Origin: Azolla caroliniana
Lineage: Eukaryota; Plantae; Polypodiophyta
Direction: 5' to 3'
DNA length: 64,000 nucleotides
NCBI GenBank assembly: GCA_043228905.1
Contig: JBHGNT010000022.1
Span: forward strand, 5,084,001-5,148,000
Both the position numbers and the translations under genes were made by a program. A model generated the notes under the pieces. The model was given only the letters and a program-made list of their open reading frames with translations. It had not been told where the DNA came from and made no database searches. Below, piece by piece: positions 1-12,300 of this stretch (position 1 is the first letter of the stretch; each line of letters begins with the position of its first letter).

Positions 1-745
1 ATGGACGACTTGGCGACATGTCTCAAGCTGGACTTGATCGGCTGATGTCGGTCGACTACATTCCAAAACTCCAAGCAAAGACGGACTTTTGCGAGCATTG
101 TCGATATGGGAAACAGACCCGAAGTCCGCACTCTCTCCACTACGAGATGGTACGACAACCCCTAGAGCTCGTCCACACAGACATATGTGGGCCCATGCTA
201 GAGCGATCACTAGGAGGCTCCCGGTACTTCATCACATTCGTAGATGACTGTACACGGAAAGTTTGGGCATACTCCATCAAGTCCAAAGATGAAGCACTCG
301 AGTTCTTCACTCGATGGATATCTGAAGTGGAGAACCGGTCGGGATACAGAGTGAAGACACTCCAATCCAACAACGAAGGTGAGTACACCTCCAAAACCTT
401 CAAACAATACCTATTCGAAAAAGGGATTCGACACCAAAAGACCATTCCCTATACACCCATGCAAAATGGAGTGACAGAATGGATCAATAGGATGATCCAG
501 GAGAGGGTGACGACAATGCTCCAACAAGCCGGACTGAAGCTGGAATTTTGGGCTGAGGCGTTGTAGACGACAGTGTACCTGATAAATCTGGCGCCATCAA
601 GAGCAATCAGGCTCGAAGTGCCATAGGCACTATGGTCAGGCAAACAACCGACCTACAATAGGCTCTGTATATTCAGATGCGAAGCCTATGCGTTCATCCC
701 TAGGGACAAAAGGATGAATTTGGCACCCCATGCAACAAAGTGCAT
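1..745 (+). pseudogene. Ty1/copia integrase fragment (degenerate)
   Basis: ORF 18-566: CEHCRYGKQ zinc-binding motif, LELVHTDICGP, YFITFVDD, PMQNGVTE; in-frame stop at 564-566 then decayed continuation. Confidence 0.9.
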
Positions 746-889
746 ATTTTTACCAAAAGTTCTTCTTGAAAAATGGATTAATATGGAGGGAGCCGAAAAG
801 ACCGGATGGCATACCGCTTCGGGTAGTCGGGACGAAAGAGCAACTCGATGTAGTTTCATGAATCCGATTGGGCTGGACATTGAGGAAGA

Positions 890-3008
890 TGGGCAACTTT
901 TGTGAAAATCAAACAAAAATATTGGTGGAAGAATATGTACAAAGATATAGCGGAGTTCACGGAAAGCTGCGAGAAGTGTCAAATCTACTCCGGAGTTCGA
1001 CACCGAGATGAGTTACATTCGACATTCTCACCGACAATCAACTTCAAATGGATGGTCTACATTGTAGCCATGCCAACCGGGATAGGACAAAAGAAGTACT
1101 TGGTGTTAGCTCGGGAAGATCTCACAAACCAAGCAGAAGGTCGGGTGATACGAAGGAAAACGTGTTCTGCGGTATGCCAATTTCTTTTGGAGGAGGTGTT
1201 TTGTAGGTACGGGTGCGTAGGACAAGTGATTGCGGATCGGGGGGACCTCGACTTTGATAAAGCTAAGGAATTCTTCACCAAACATGGAGTTTGGTTAACA
1301 CTAACATCGACATACAATCCGGAAGCCAACGGGAAGATCAAACAAGGACATAGTCCAATCGTCAAAGCACTTGCAAAAGCATGCGACGGAAGGGTGAAGG
1401 ATTGGCCACAGATGCTCCCGTATGCACTATGGGCGGATCGAACAACGCATAGTTCCGTGACCGGTTTTATGCTAGCCGAACTCATGACCGGACAAGCACC
1501 GGTAATGCGGACGGAAACCGCAATTGCGACATGGATAGTCTTGCCATGGAAGGAAGAGATGAGCCAAGAAGAACTACTAGCGGTCCGGGTATGACAACTG
1601 GAGGGAAGACCGGAAGACATAGCGGAAGCAACATGCCGACAACAAGAAGCACAATTCCAGAACAAAAGCCGATTCGACACAAAGCATTGACTATGACCGC
1701 AAAAGATTGAAGAAGGAGATTGGATGGTTGTCTATGATAGTAGTCTAGATCATCAATATACAACGATACGGAAATTCGCGAAAAGGTGGTTCGGGCCATA
1801 CGATGTTCGGAAAGTTTTTGACAACGGAACTTACCGACTAAGTGAGTTGGATGGAACAATACTACGGGTGCCTATCGCGGGGAAACATGTGAAGATTTTA
1901 GAGAAGCGGACTGACGGTGAGCTTTATGTAAGCTTAGACAAGACCGACAACAAGGAGCAATCGGACAAAGCTCAAGGTGATGCAGAAAGCAAAGAAAGTG
2001 GTCTACAATTGATAGTTGATATAAGGGAGGAATTGGAAAGTGCTACGGATGAAGACAAACAACATGCATCAGGAACTTCGGCACATACTGGAGGATGTGC
2101 GGGTTTGGAGGGGGCAAGTGTCGTAGTGTAATTCGCACACTACGTGAAAATTGCGTTTTTGTCCCTCCGGATGCGACAAGGAGGAACCGGTAAGAAGGAC
2201 TCAATAAGGTGAACCGGTGTGAACCGGATGAAGGAGGAACCGGCGAGGAGAACCGGATGAAGGAGGACGCGGTAAGGAGACCCGGTAAGAACCGGATCAA
2301 ACAGAGCCGGCAAGAGCCGGATAAAGAAGGCCGGTGAGAGTCTCTCACCGGATGAAGAGACAAATTTGTAAAATAGATCGAAATATTTTATTATGTGCAT
2401 AGGGCAGGATTCGAACCATGTACCTCCACATAGACAAACCCCAAAATTACCATTGTACTAACTTATTCTAAGTGTTTTAAATGTAGATTTAATATATATA
2501 AGACCTTTATTTACGCCTACCTTTATTAAAAGGTAAACCATGCATTTTTCAGAGTGCGTGGATACCTTTATTGTCGTAAACCAATAAAAAAATACTCGTG
2601 CACATCTAGCATGCATGAGCACTATATTTAGGAAAGAGAAGTATAGTGGAAAAGAGAACTCATGCACATTTAGTGTGCATGAACACTTTAGGAAAAGTAG
2701 GAAGCCATGCTTAGTTTCTCCCATCCTTATATGAGGAGAGAAAGATGTATTTGGGGGTTGACTATTTTACAAGGATTGATCATTCTAATATATTCGTGGG
2801 ATTCACGAGTTTATCATCAAAATTCTCTTTCTTACAATCTAAATATTGATTAAATACACTAAAAATGTGGGATTCATAAGTTTTAATTCTTACTTCTCTT
2901 TCTACCTATTCATAACTATCCTTATATTGTATTCTTCTTTCTCCTAGTCCAAAACCTTAGTGGTTCCCACTCGACTAATGCAACAATCCAGAGCCGAAAG
3001 GCACGACA
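890..3008 (+). mobile_element. Ty3/gypsy 3' portion: integrase remnant, PPT and 3' LTR (2119-3008)
   Basis: ORFs 902-1594 and 1724-2131 with YWWKNMYKD..CEKCQ, YNPEANG and WFGPY motifs; G-rich PPT 2101-2118; LTR with TGTCGT...ACGACA termini, homologous to the LTRs at 15905-16771 and 18682-19549. Confidence 0.88.
2407..2460 (-). promoter_or_regulatory. tRNA-type Pol III box A/box B inside gypsy LTR
   Basis: Minus strand: TAGTACAATGG (box A, 2460-2450) and GGTTCGAATCC (box B, 2417-2407) with tRNA-like spacing. Confidence 0.55.
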
Positions 3009-3375
3009 CCACAAGGTGCTGAAGCGCTTCAACATGCAGAATGCGAAGCTAGCACCGACACCGCATCTGACGTCAATCAGACTATTGGATAGAAACTCTC
3101 CTGCAACGGACAAGGAGAGAGAGCTTAATGGGAAGATACCCTAGGCATCGGTAGTAGGAAGTATCGTGTACGCAATGGGGTGACCCGACCCGACCTAGCC
3201 TATGTCGTAGGGGTGGTCAACCGGTAGATATCAAACCTAGGAAAGAAGCATTGGGAGGCCGTCAAGCACATCCTTAGGTATCTAAAAGGAACCACGGATG
3301 CACACCTGACATTCGGTTCAACAACATCAATCGAAGTCGAAGGCTACACCGATTCCAACTATGCCAGAAACACAG
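3009..3375 (+). pseudogene. Ty1/copia reverse transcriptase fragment between two gypsy LTRs
   Basis: Translates to KVLKRFNM, RPDLAYVVGVV and HWEAVKHILRYLKGT, with stops and frameshifts. Confidence 0.8.
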
Positions 3376-6300
3376 TGTTGTGAAGATTCGTCACTAGGCG
3401 TGGATCGTGAGGCGGAACCGCCGGGGTTCTGGACCGGAAGGATTCGAAGTCGGTACAAGCTCCCCCGGCCCCATCGGATGCTGATACCGCCAGATCACCC
3501 CTTGCCGGCTCCGTCGGATGCCGATCACCGGTTACCGTCCAGTTCCGTTTTGGTTGGCCAAAGCCTTTACAAGTGGCTAGGCCACCTCCACTCTTAGTTC
3601 AAGTTACCTTGAACTCTCTATGCTCCACACATAGAAACAAAGATAATAACTTTTGCTCTACCTTATATATGGTGAGAGCCTTATTCGTCCAGTCTATGTG
3701 GGATATCTCACAATTTTCTCTTTTTCTTTTGCAACTTCTTACCCACATAAGTTGACACTTAGATGTCCGTTTCTTATGTAGTAAAGTGCATCTCTTCAAG
3801 ATCTTCGTCTTTTTTACTAAGATATTAAACTTACTTAGAATTAGTATATTCACTATTATTGTTTTATATGATTGACACTTGATTTTGTACGTCTTATGTG
3901 ATTTTCACACCATTGCCGAAAATCTTCATGACATCCACCCCCCCCAAACCGCACGTCCTCTCGTACGTGCCAAGAAAAGAGAAAGTGAGATTTCGGCTAC
4001 GGTGATGAATCAAATTCCTCCATGTCTTCATTTACATCCGCCCTATTATGTTCATCGTCAAGGTGATCGAGGTCAAGATCCTCATCTTGCCTTTTCTTGA
4101 AAATCTTTACTCTTTTTCCCGCAATGGGTACGGCCAACCTTGATCCGTCTAGCTCTGCAAGGTGGTATGTGGCATTATCGTTGGCACTTGTCATCGTACG
4201 TGCCAAGAAGAGAGAAAGTGAGATTTCGGCTACGGTGATCAATCAGATTCCACCATGTCTTCATTTACATCCGCCCTATTATGTTCATCGTCAAGGTGAT
4301 CGAGGTCAGGATCCTCATCTTGCCTTTTCTTCAAAATCTTTACTCTTTTTCCCGCAATGGGTACGACCAACCTTGATCCGTCTAGCTCCGCAAGGTGGTA
4401 TGTGGCATTATCATTGGCACTTGTCACCACATATGGTCTGAACCATCTTCTTGCGAACTTTCTTGTTGTACTGTGTTGATTGTCAACGCTGCTGTCATAA
4501 ACCAAAACCCAATCTCCTTCTTCAATCTTCTTGGGACGAAGTCGATGCATGTTGTCGAACCAAACTTTGTTCTTTACTCGGGCTGCCTCCATCATCTTTC
4601 GCGCTTTTTCTAGATCTTGAGGTCTTCTTTTAAGTTGCCTTATCCACGCCGCTAATAACTCTTCTCGGCTCATCTCGTTCTCCCACGGTATCACTACCCA
4701 TGAGGCGATCGTCCTTTCGATGGGCATTACCGGCTTTTGTCCATACATTAGCTCCGTTGGCATATACCCTGTCACCGAGCTGTGTGTCATTCTGTCGGCC
4801 CACAAGGCATAGGGTAATAGTGGTGGCCAATTCCCGACTCGACCGTTGCATGCCCGTACGATGGCTTTGACGATAGGTCCATGCCCTCACTCGATCTTCC
4901 CATTCGCTTCCGGATTGTAGGCAGTCATGAGGGAGAGCTTCACGCCTAGTCGTTCGAAGAGCTCCATCGCTTCGTGCGCATCCAACTCCCATCGGTCAGC
5001 CACTATCTTCCCCACACATCCGTATCGGCTAACAACCTCTTCAAGTAGAAATTTGCAAACGGCTGAAGTCGTCTTATTTGTCAAGGCTCGTCCTTCCACT
5101 TGATTTGTCAAGTCTTCCCTTGCTAGCACTAAGTACTTCATTTGTCCCACTCCCATTGGCATCGAGACCAGATCCACCATCCATTTGAAGTGTATGGTGA
5201 GTGGGTATGTCGGCCGTAACTCATCATGATGATGTATATTTGAATATATTTGGCACGTTTCGCACGTGGACATGAAATGGAGTACATCTTTGTACATGCT
5301 TGGCCACCAGTACTTCTTCTTCAACTTTTCGAACATCGCCCATGTTCCTCTATGACCTGCCCAAGCACTCTTGTGGAATTCGGTCATCAGCGTCTCTTGC
5401 TCTTCTTTCTTCACCACCACTCGACGTGGTATTCCTGTCCTTCTTTTTGGATGTCGCCAAAGGAATCCTCCCTTCAAGAAGTATCGGTAAGCTTTCTTCC
5501 GGATTCGTAGGGCCTCCTCCTTTGTCAACGAAGCATCTATCGTCCAATGTTCTTAGGAATCTACCGATCAGTAACCACTCTCCTTCGTACTCGTTCTCGT
5601 TGAAGGCGTGGAGGGTTTGCGTGTCCTGGTCTTTTGCCAATAATCGAGCCATCTTGAAGAAGTCGAGGGCGACATCTTCATCTTCCGAAACCATGTCACT
5701 TCCATTTTCAAATCTTGCCCTCGACAACATGTTAGCCATGGCGTTCTTCTTCCTTGCAATGTGGCGGATCTCTGGGTTTAAAGACTTGATGTAGGCAATC
5801 CACCTTAGCATAGCAAGATCTGGGGTCGCACATCCCGAGACCATTCCGAGAATTGGGAGACAATCTGTCTCTATTATCACTTCTGACCCGATCAGGTAAT
5901 CTTTGTCCGTCTTCACTGCCGACACAATACCCCAAAGTTCCCGCTTGACCTTGGCATATCTTTGTTGCCGTTCGCTGAGAATCTTTGCTCCGAACCGGAT
6001 GGCATATCGCGCATTATCTTCTCCTTCTTGATTGATGACCCACCCGATTCCGGTTGGGCTCGTATCTACGATCACGTAAATCGGCTTCCCTTCGGCATAG
6101 TCGGCCTTCCTTAGTGCCGGAGCTTCAAGAAGCAGTTTCTTCAATCTTCGCATCGCATTTGTGTGCTCATCTCGCAATTCGAACTTCATTCTTTTCTTTA
6201 GTAGTCCATATAACGGTTCAGCGACATGAGCGTAGTGCGGAATCCAGATATGATAAAATGCACATGCTCCAAGGAACCTTCTAACCTCCATTTGGTTTTC

Positions 6301-7069
6301 GCATTCTTCTTTCATGTCTTGGATCGCGTTCACTTTGTATGCCGAAGGCTTCCGGCCATATGCCCCACACAAGTGACCTACCACCAAGATCTCTGGTTGC
6401 CCGAATGCGGATTTTTCTCCCGAAAACGTCAAATTCGCATCTTTGAGCCTTTGAAGCACCTTCTCGCAATCTTTCATATGATCCGCAACAAACTTTCTAC
6501 AACCTTCCTTATCTTTCGATTCATCTTTCTCCTCATCCAAACATCCTTTTATCGGAATATCATCCAAGAATGGCATCATGATGTCCGGGATGCAATCCTT
6601 CAAGACTTTATTCATGGCATTCACCATATGAGCCACCGATTTCGTTGCGCCTTGGGGTAAGGTACACATCCGCACAAGCCCGACCGGAGTCCTCACGATT
6701 GTAATGTCCTGATTGCCGATCGCCAATTGGAATTGGTCATATCCGGAGTAGAGATCGCCAATGGAGTAGATGGACCAGTCCACAAACGCTTCGGCAAATT
6801 CGTCCACGCTCGGACCGATTCCGGCATTTCGAATTGTCACCTTGTTGACGGGTTGAAGATCTTGGATGAATCACAATGATCCATTCTTCTTCTGCACTGT
6901 GAACCACCTATTGGAATAAGGAGCATTCGACAGTTCTAGAATTCCCATACTCACCTTCTCCTTTAAGAGATCGATCAACTTCGGAAATTGTGCTCTCGGA
7001 ACCGGTATCGGTTTCAAATTCCAAGGCACATGAGGCACCGTGAAGATCACCATCGGCTCTATAACCTTT
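3376..7069 (-). mobile_element. Ty3/gypsy element, 5'-truncated: RT-RNaseH-integrase plus 3' LTR (3376-3933)
   Basis: ORFs 6871-7185, 5350-6840 (LPQG, FLDD, DTSPTGIG), 4887-5528 and 4239-4805 (integrase) in gypsy domain order; G-tract PPT at 3934-3950; LTR termini TGT(C/T)(A/G)TGAAGATT. Confidence 0.9.
3961..4426. repeat. Tandem duplication (~233 bp x2) of the integrase 3' end
   Basis: gtacgtgccaagaa(a/g)agagaaagtgagatttcggctacggtgat starts at 3963 and at 4196; ORFs 3997-4242 and 4239-4805 share their C-terminal peptide. Confidence 0.9.
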
Positions 7070-9385
7070 TGAAAAGAATGGCGTGCGGAAGCAATATAGG
7101 AAAACCGAACAACAGAAAACGAAGGTTTAATAGAAAGCTTAGATTTGCACAGTATGCACGGGAGAGACAGAGAGAGAGTAAACACTAGAACTTAATTCCA
7201 AAAGATAATACTCAATCTGTACATAGGATGTGCTCAATGAGCACTTTTATACAAGCCCTGACAATGGGCTGACACAAGTACTGACAGTACTTGACTGCTT
7301 ATAAATGAGCCTCGACACTTACTCCCAAAACTATTCCTTACGAGAAATATGTTTCTAACGCCCTTTCGGTCTACGCACCGATACGGCCTTCCTACGCACC
7401 GGTCTACGTACCGGTTTTACGCATCGGATTACGCACAAATGTTGAGCTTGTCTCTCAACACTCCCCCTCAAGCTCAACTTGAAGTTCCGCCTGCTCTGTT
7501 GGACCTACGCTCTGGCTTCTTCGGGATCCACGTCTCGCTCGCGCTCCTCGGTCTGTTTGACTCCGCGCGCTTCGACCCTTCTGGTCGGCTTGTCTGCTCC
7601 CACGACCCTTCACAGCTCCCTTGCTGTCGCGGTGTTGGCGCTTCTCCTGTTGCCTTCTTTTCCGCTTGGTCCTCGGTTTATTCAGTGTATCTGAATCAAA
7701 CATTCGAACCGACTCGGCTACCTCCGATCGGTTTTCGCTCTCGTCCGAGTTGGCTGTCTCCAACTCATCTTCGGTCTTCTCGCCCTTGATGGCTTCATCT
7801 CCCCCATGCCTCGTTGGCTCCAGCATTTTCTTTCGGCTACTCCCCTTATGTCCGCTTTCGGACTCTTCTGCGGATCCGCACTCAGCTTCTTCGGCTGATC
7901 CAAGGTTGAATTCGTCATCCGACTCAGCGCCACGGTCTTTTCCGCTCCTTTCCTGCTCCCTTTCGTGGTTATCTGGGACGATGTTTCTCCCCCTCAAGTT
8001 CAGCACATCGAGGTGACGCAACCCAAGCGCACCCGAGAATTGCCTCAACTTGTCTAGGCCAAGAGGCTTGGTGAAGATGTCGACGGTCTACCGATTCGTC
8101 GGAAAATACTGAAGTTCGACTTCACCAGAAAGGACACGCTCACGGACAAAATGGTAGTGCACCTCAATGTGGTTGGTCCATGCGTGGAAGACGGGGTTCT
8201 TCACGAGTTGGATGCTGCTGAGGTTGTCGCAGTAGATCGTCGTCGGATCGGACACCTCCACCTACAGATCCTTAAGTAGCCGCTTCAACCATATGGCTTC
8301 ACATGTCGCGATAGCCGCTCCTCGGTACTCAGCTTCGGTGCTCGACATTGCAACTGTTGGCTGCTTCTTGCTACTCCACGCGATCGCGGCACTCCCAAGA
8401 GAGAACGCGTATCCGGACGTGGATCGGTGATCGGCGACATTGCCCGCCCAGTCGGCATCGGTGTAGCCGAGCAACTGTGGGGCTGTATCGGTCCGATATA
8501 ACAGTCCTCGGTCCTTAGTGCCGCTTACGTACCGTAGTACGCGTTGCCATAAACTGACTGATCACTCCGACCGGATAATTGAGATCAGGTCGGGTGATTG
8601 TCAAGTAGATAAGGCTTCCGAAAATTTGTCGGATCGCAAACCTTGCCGGAATTGGGGCGAAGGTTGACAGTTCTATCTAGAGGAGTCGAGACGGACTTAC
8701 AGTCTGCCATCCCGAATTTGAAGAGCATATTTAGTGCATAATGACGTTGACTGATCAGTATGCCTTCGGGGGTGTGGATCACTTTGATCCCGAGGAAGAA
8801 ATGAAGGTCCCGTAGATCATTCATGTCGAATGATGCCGCAAGCTGGAGCTTCACGCGGTTGATTTCACCTAGGTCGGCGCTGGTGATGACTAAGTCATCA
8901 ACATAGAGTAAAATACTGACCGGCCCGAGTCGACCTTTCCCAATGAACAACAAGGAGTCCGATTTTGACGTCGCAAAGCCCATCTGACGCAGCTGATGCG
9001 TGATCTTCGCATTCCAGGCACGCGGGGCTTGCTTCAGTCCGTAAAGGGACTTCTTCAATCAGCACACTACCGACGTGTTCGTTCTGGAGTGAAATCCGAG
9101 GGGCTGTACAATGTACACTAGGTCCTCAAGCTCACCTTGCAAGAACGCATTCTTTACATCCATCTGATGTAAGTGCCACCTCTTGGCCACGGCCACCGCG
9201 AGCAAAACACGGACGGTCGTCATCTTCTCGACCGGCGCGAACGTCTCATTGTAGTCGATGTCGTGTTTCTACGCGTAGCCTTTTGCCACTAACCGGGCCT
9301 TGTATCGGTTAACCGAGCCGTCGGTGTTGTACTTGACCTTTTAGACCCACCTACATTTGATCGGCTTCACACCCTTCGGTGTCAT
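7070..9385 (-). mobile_element. Ty1/copia 3' half: RT-RNaseH, C-terminal extension, 3' LTR (7070-7460)
   Basis: KSLYGLKQAPRAW, LLYVDDL, GYTDADWAG and SSTEAEY motifs; PPT at 7461-7472; LTR resembles those at 47714 and 54391. Confidence 0.9.
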
Positions 9386-12300
9386 CATCAACGATGAAGA
9401 AATGGTGCAAAATATGCCTGGGCGGCTTGGCACCTTGATTCGGCATGATCAGATCGGCCATTCTTGCAAGGGAGAACTCTCCCTCCTTTTTCGACCGTCA
9501 ATCGATTCTGTTGGTTGAAGAAAATCATGTTCGACAGAGGAACAATACACCTGATGGTCAGATGCTCTTCTCACAATCGGATGATAGAAGAGGATTCGGC
9601 CATGGAAATAGAGGTCGGTTCGGACGAGGCCGACACGGTCGGCCGACCCAAGAGCGTAACTCCCACCAATGGCAAGAGGACAGGAACCATCCCAGAGAGT
9701 TTGGTACCAAGCAATCGTAACAACCCAATCAAATGCGGGTACTATGGAAAACACGGCCACTATGAATAGGAATGCCGAAAAAAAATACGAGACTCGGCTT
9801 CGACTAGCCGACAACTCACAAACTACGCCTCGAATTCCAACTACGACGATCGTGGCGGGATGTTTGTAATGAGGCATGAAGCACATTCGATGTCAGCACA
9901 AGACCCAACTAGCACCTCTTCTTTAGATAGCATATGGTTTGTCGACTCAGGAGCATCCACTCACATGACATCCCATGAAGATTGCTTCCGAGAATTACAA
10001 AAGCTCGATCGACCCGGCTATGTCGAATCCGGAGATCATACGATTCACCCAATTCGGCATGTCGGAAATGTTCCATTCGGAAATGACGGCAAACAAACCT
10101 ACCTCAAGAATGTCTTGCATGTCCCAACCATCACGAAAAACCTGGTCTCGGTCGGCCAAATTGTTGAACAAGGTATGCAAGTACGATTCAATAATGAAGG
10201 GTGCTTCATCGAAAAGGACGATCAAATCATAGTGCATGGTCGCCGAGAAGGCTGAATGCTCATCCTCAAATCAGAGGAGGTGGAATCGGCTATGTTCGCA
10301 AAAGGCCTCAAAGTCGAAACGGACTTGAAACTGTGGCACAAGAGAATCGGCCACATCAATCTCCAAAAGCTCCAGAACATGCAGTTGAAAGGAGTTGTCA
10401 TCAGACTCCCGACATTTACTGAGAAAGATATTACGGGCATATGCGAGGCATGCCAATTCGGAAAAAAACACCGGCATTCGTTCCCGAAAGAGAGGAATGT
10501 GAGTAAAGGGATCCTGGATGTAGTACATTCAGATGTGTGGGGACCAGCCCCGATGGCAACATTCGGTGGTTGCCGATATTACGTCACGTTCATTGACGAC
10601 TTCTCCAGGCATACCTAGCTCTACCCGATGAAACGGAAGAGTGAAGTGTTCGGCCACTTCCAAAGGTTCAAGAACGAAGTCGAAAAAGCCACGGGTCGGC
10701 ACGTACACTACCTTCGATCGGATGGAGGCAAAGAATATTTCTCAGATGAGTTTACGACATATCTCCGAAAGGAAGGAATACGATGAGAATTCTCGTGTCG
10801 ACATGCACCTCAGCAAAATGGTATAGCCGAACGGAAGAATCGGCACATAGTAGAGGTTGCATAGGAAATGATGAATGAGAAGAACCTACCAAAATCGTTC
10901 TGGTAGAAGTAGCAAACACGACCTTATATCTCATAAACATGTGTACAAACTCTCAGGTACACGATGTAACCTCTCATGAGAGGTGTTTTGGAAAGAAGTC
11001 GAATTTATCACATGTTCGGATTTTCGGCTCAATCGCCTACGTGCATATTCCCAACGAGACGCGACAAAAGCTCAACCTGAAGTCGGAGAAATATATCCTT
11101 GTAGGGTACTCGCTTGAACAAAAGGGGTACGAATGCTACACCCGATCTACCCGAAAAGTTCGAGTAAGTCGAGACGTCGTTTTCGACGAGTCGACATCTT
11201 GGTATGATCCAGAGACGACTCTGGTTTCTACTCCAATCGACCCGGAATCGGTCGAGTGAGAGATGAAGAAGAATTTCGACTCAAACACATGTTCGAAGGA
11301 AGTCCGATTACGACAAGGCTTAGTGGACCAAGGGAGCCCCTGAGTGAGTAAAGCACACCTCGGTCAAGTCTGAAATTCAACAAAGGGAAGGCCAAGATGT
11401 CCGAATACAAAGATACAATCAACAATGAGTCAACTCACTCCCTTGATAGTGAGTTCGAAGGCCTAGACATCCCAATCATCCAAAAAAATGGAGCGAAGAA
11501 AGCATTAGCTCCGCAAACGAGAAGCTATGCCGGTTCACCCGTGAAAAGAACCCCATAAGAAGATTCGGCTACGATGATTACATGGCGTATCATTACGCCT
11601 TTATGATGAAGGTAGCGATTGTCCGAGAGCTGGAAACACTTTCTGAAGCCGTGAAGGACCTGTGATGGGTCGACGTTGTCGTGAAGATTTCCGGCTATAG
11701 TGTGAAACCGGGGTGGAATGGGCAAATCGGTGGTGTGCAACATGTGCACGTGTATACTAGGAAATGGTGTGTAGAAAGAAGAGGGGAATTTTATCCCACA
11801 TTGTAAGGTCCCTCCCTCCTTGGGCTATAAAAGGAAGGGAGGGGTTCACTAATGAGGGGGTTGCCTATTTTGAGGGAGAGAGGCATACCACTTAGGTCGA
11901 CGGTTTCCTATTCGGTTTTAGGGTTTTAGTTAGGGTTTTCTTCTTGGGTTTTCCTTTAGGGTTTTCTTATAGTCGTTTGGTGCGGCCATGGCGGCCACCA
12001 TTGTAAAGCGTTTATGTTTTCTTAATAGAACTTCTTGTTGAGTATCTTGACTCCATCTTCTTCATCTTCTTCTATCATAATGTCATATTCGTTCTCTTCT
12101 CCTCTTGAGCTATGAGCTAATCTTCCATTCGTTGTCTTAACCTTTCTACTCTTCTCCTTAGTCCAAGACCCCCGTGGTCCCGCCCCTTCCACACGCACGC
12201 ACGTAACAACGCGACATCTTTTGGTGAACCCGACGTGAAGGGCGGCAAGGGAGCATGGAGATTGAAGAAGACTTTGACTTCGAGGAGATGATGGCAAAAA

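Noticed and set aside
11916-11965. Interstitial telomere repeats (tttaggg-like; also at 19717 and 48376)
   Set aside because: Only scattered, imperfect telobox-like motifs inside LTRs, not an array.
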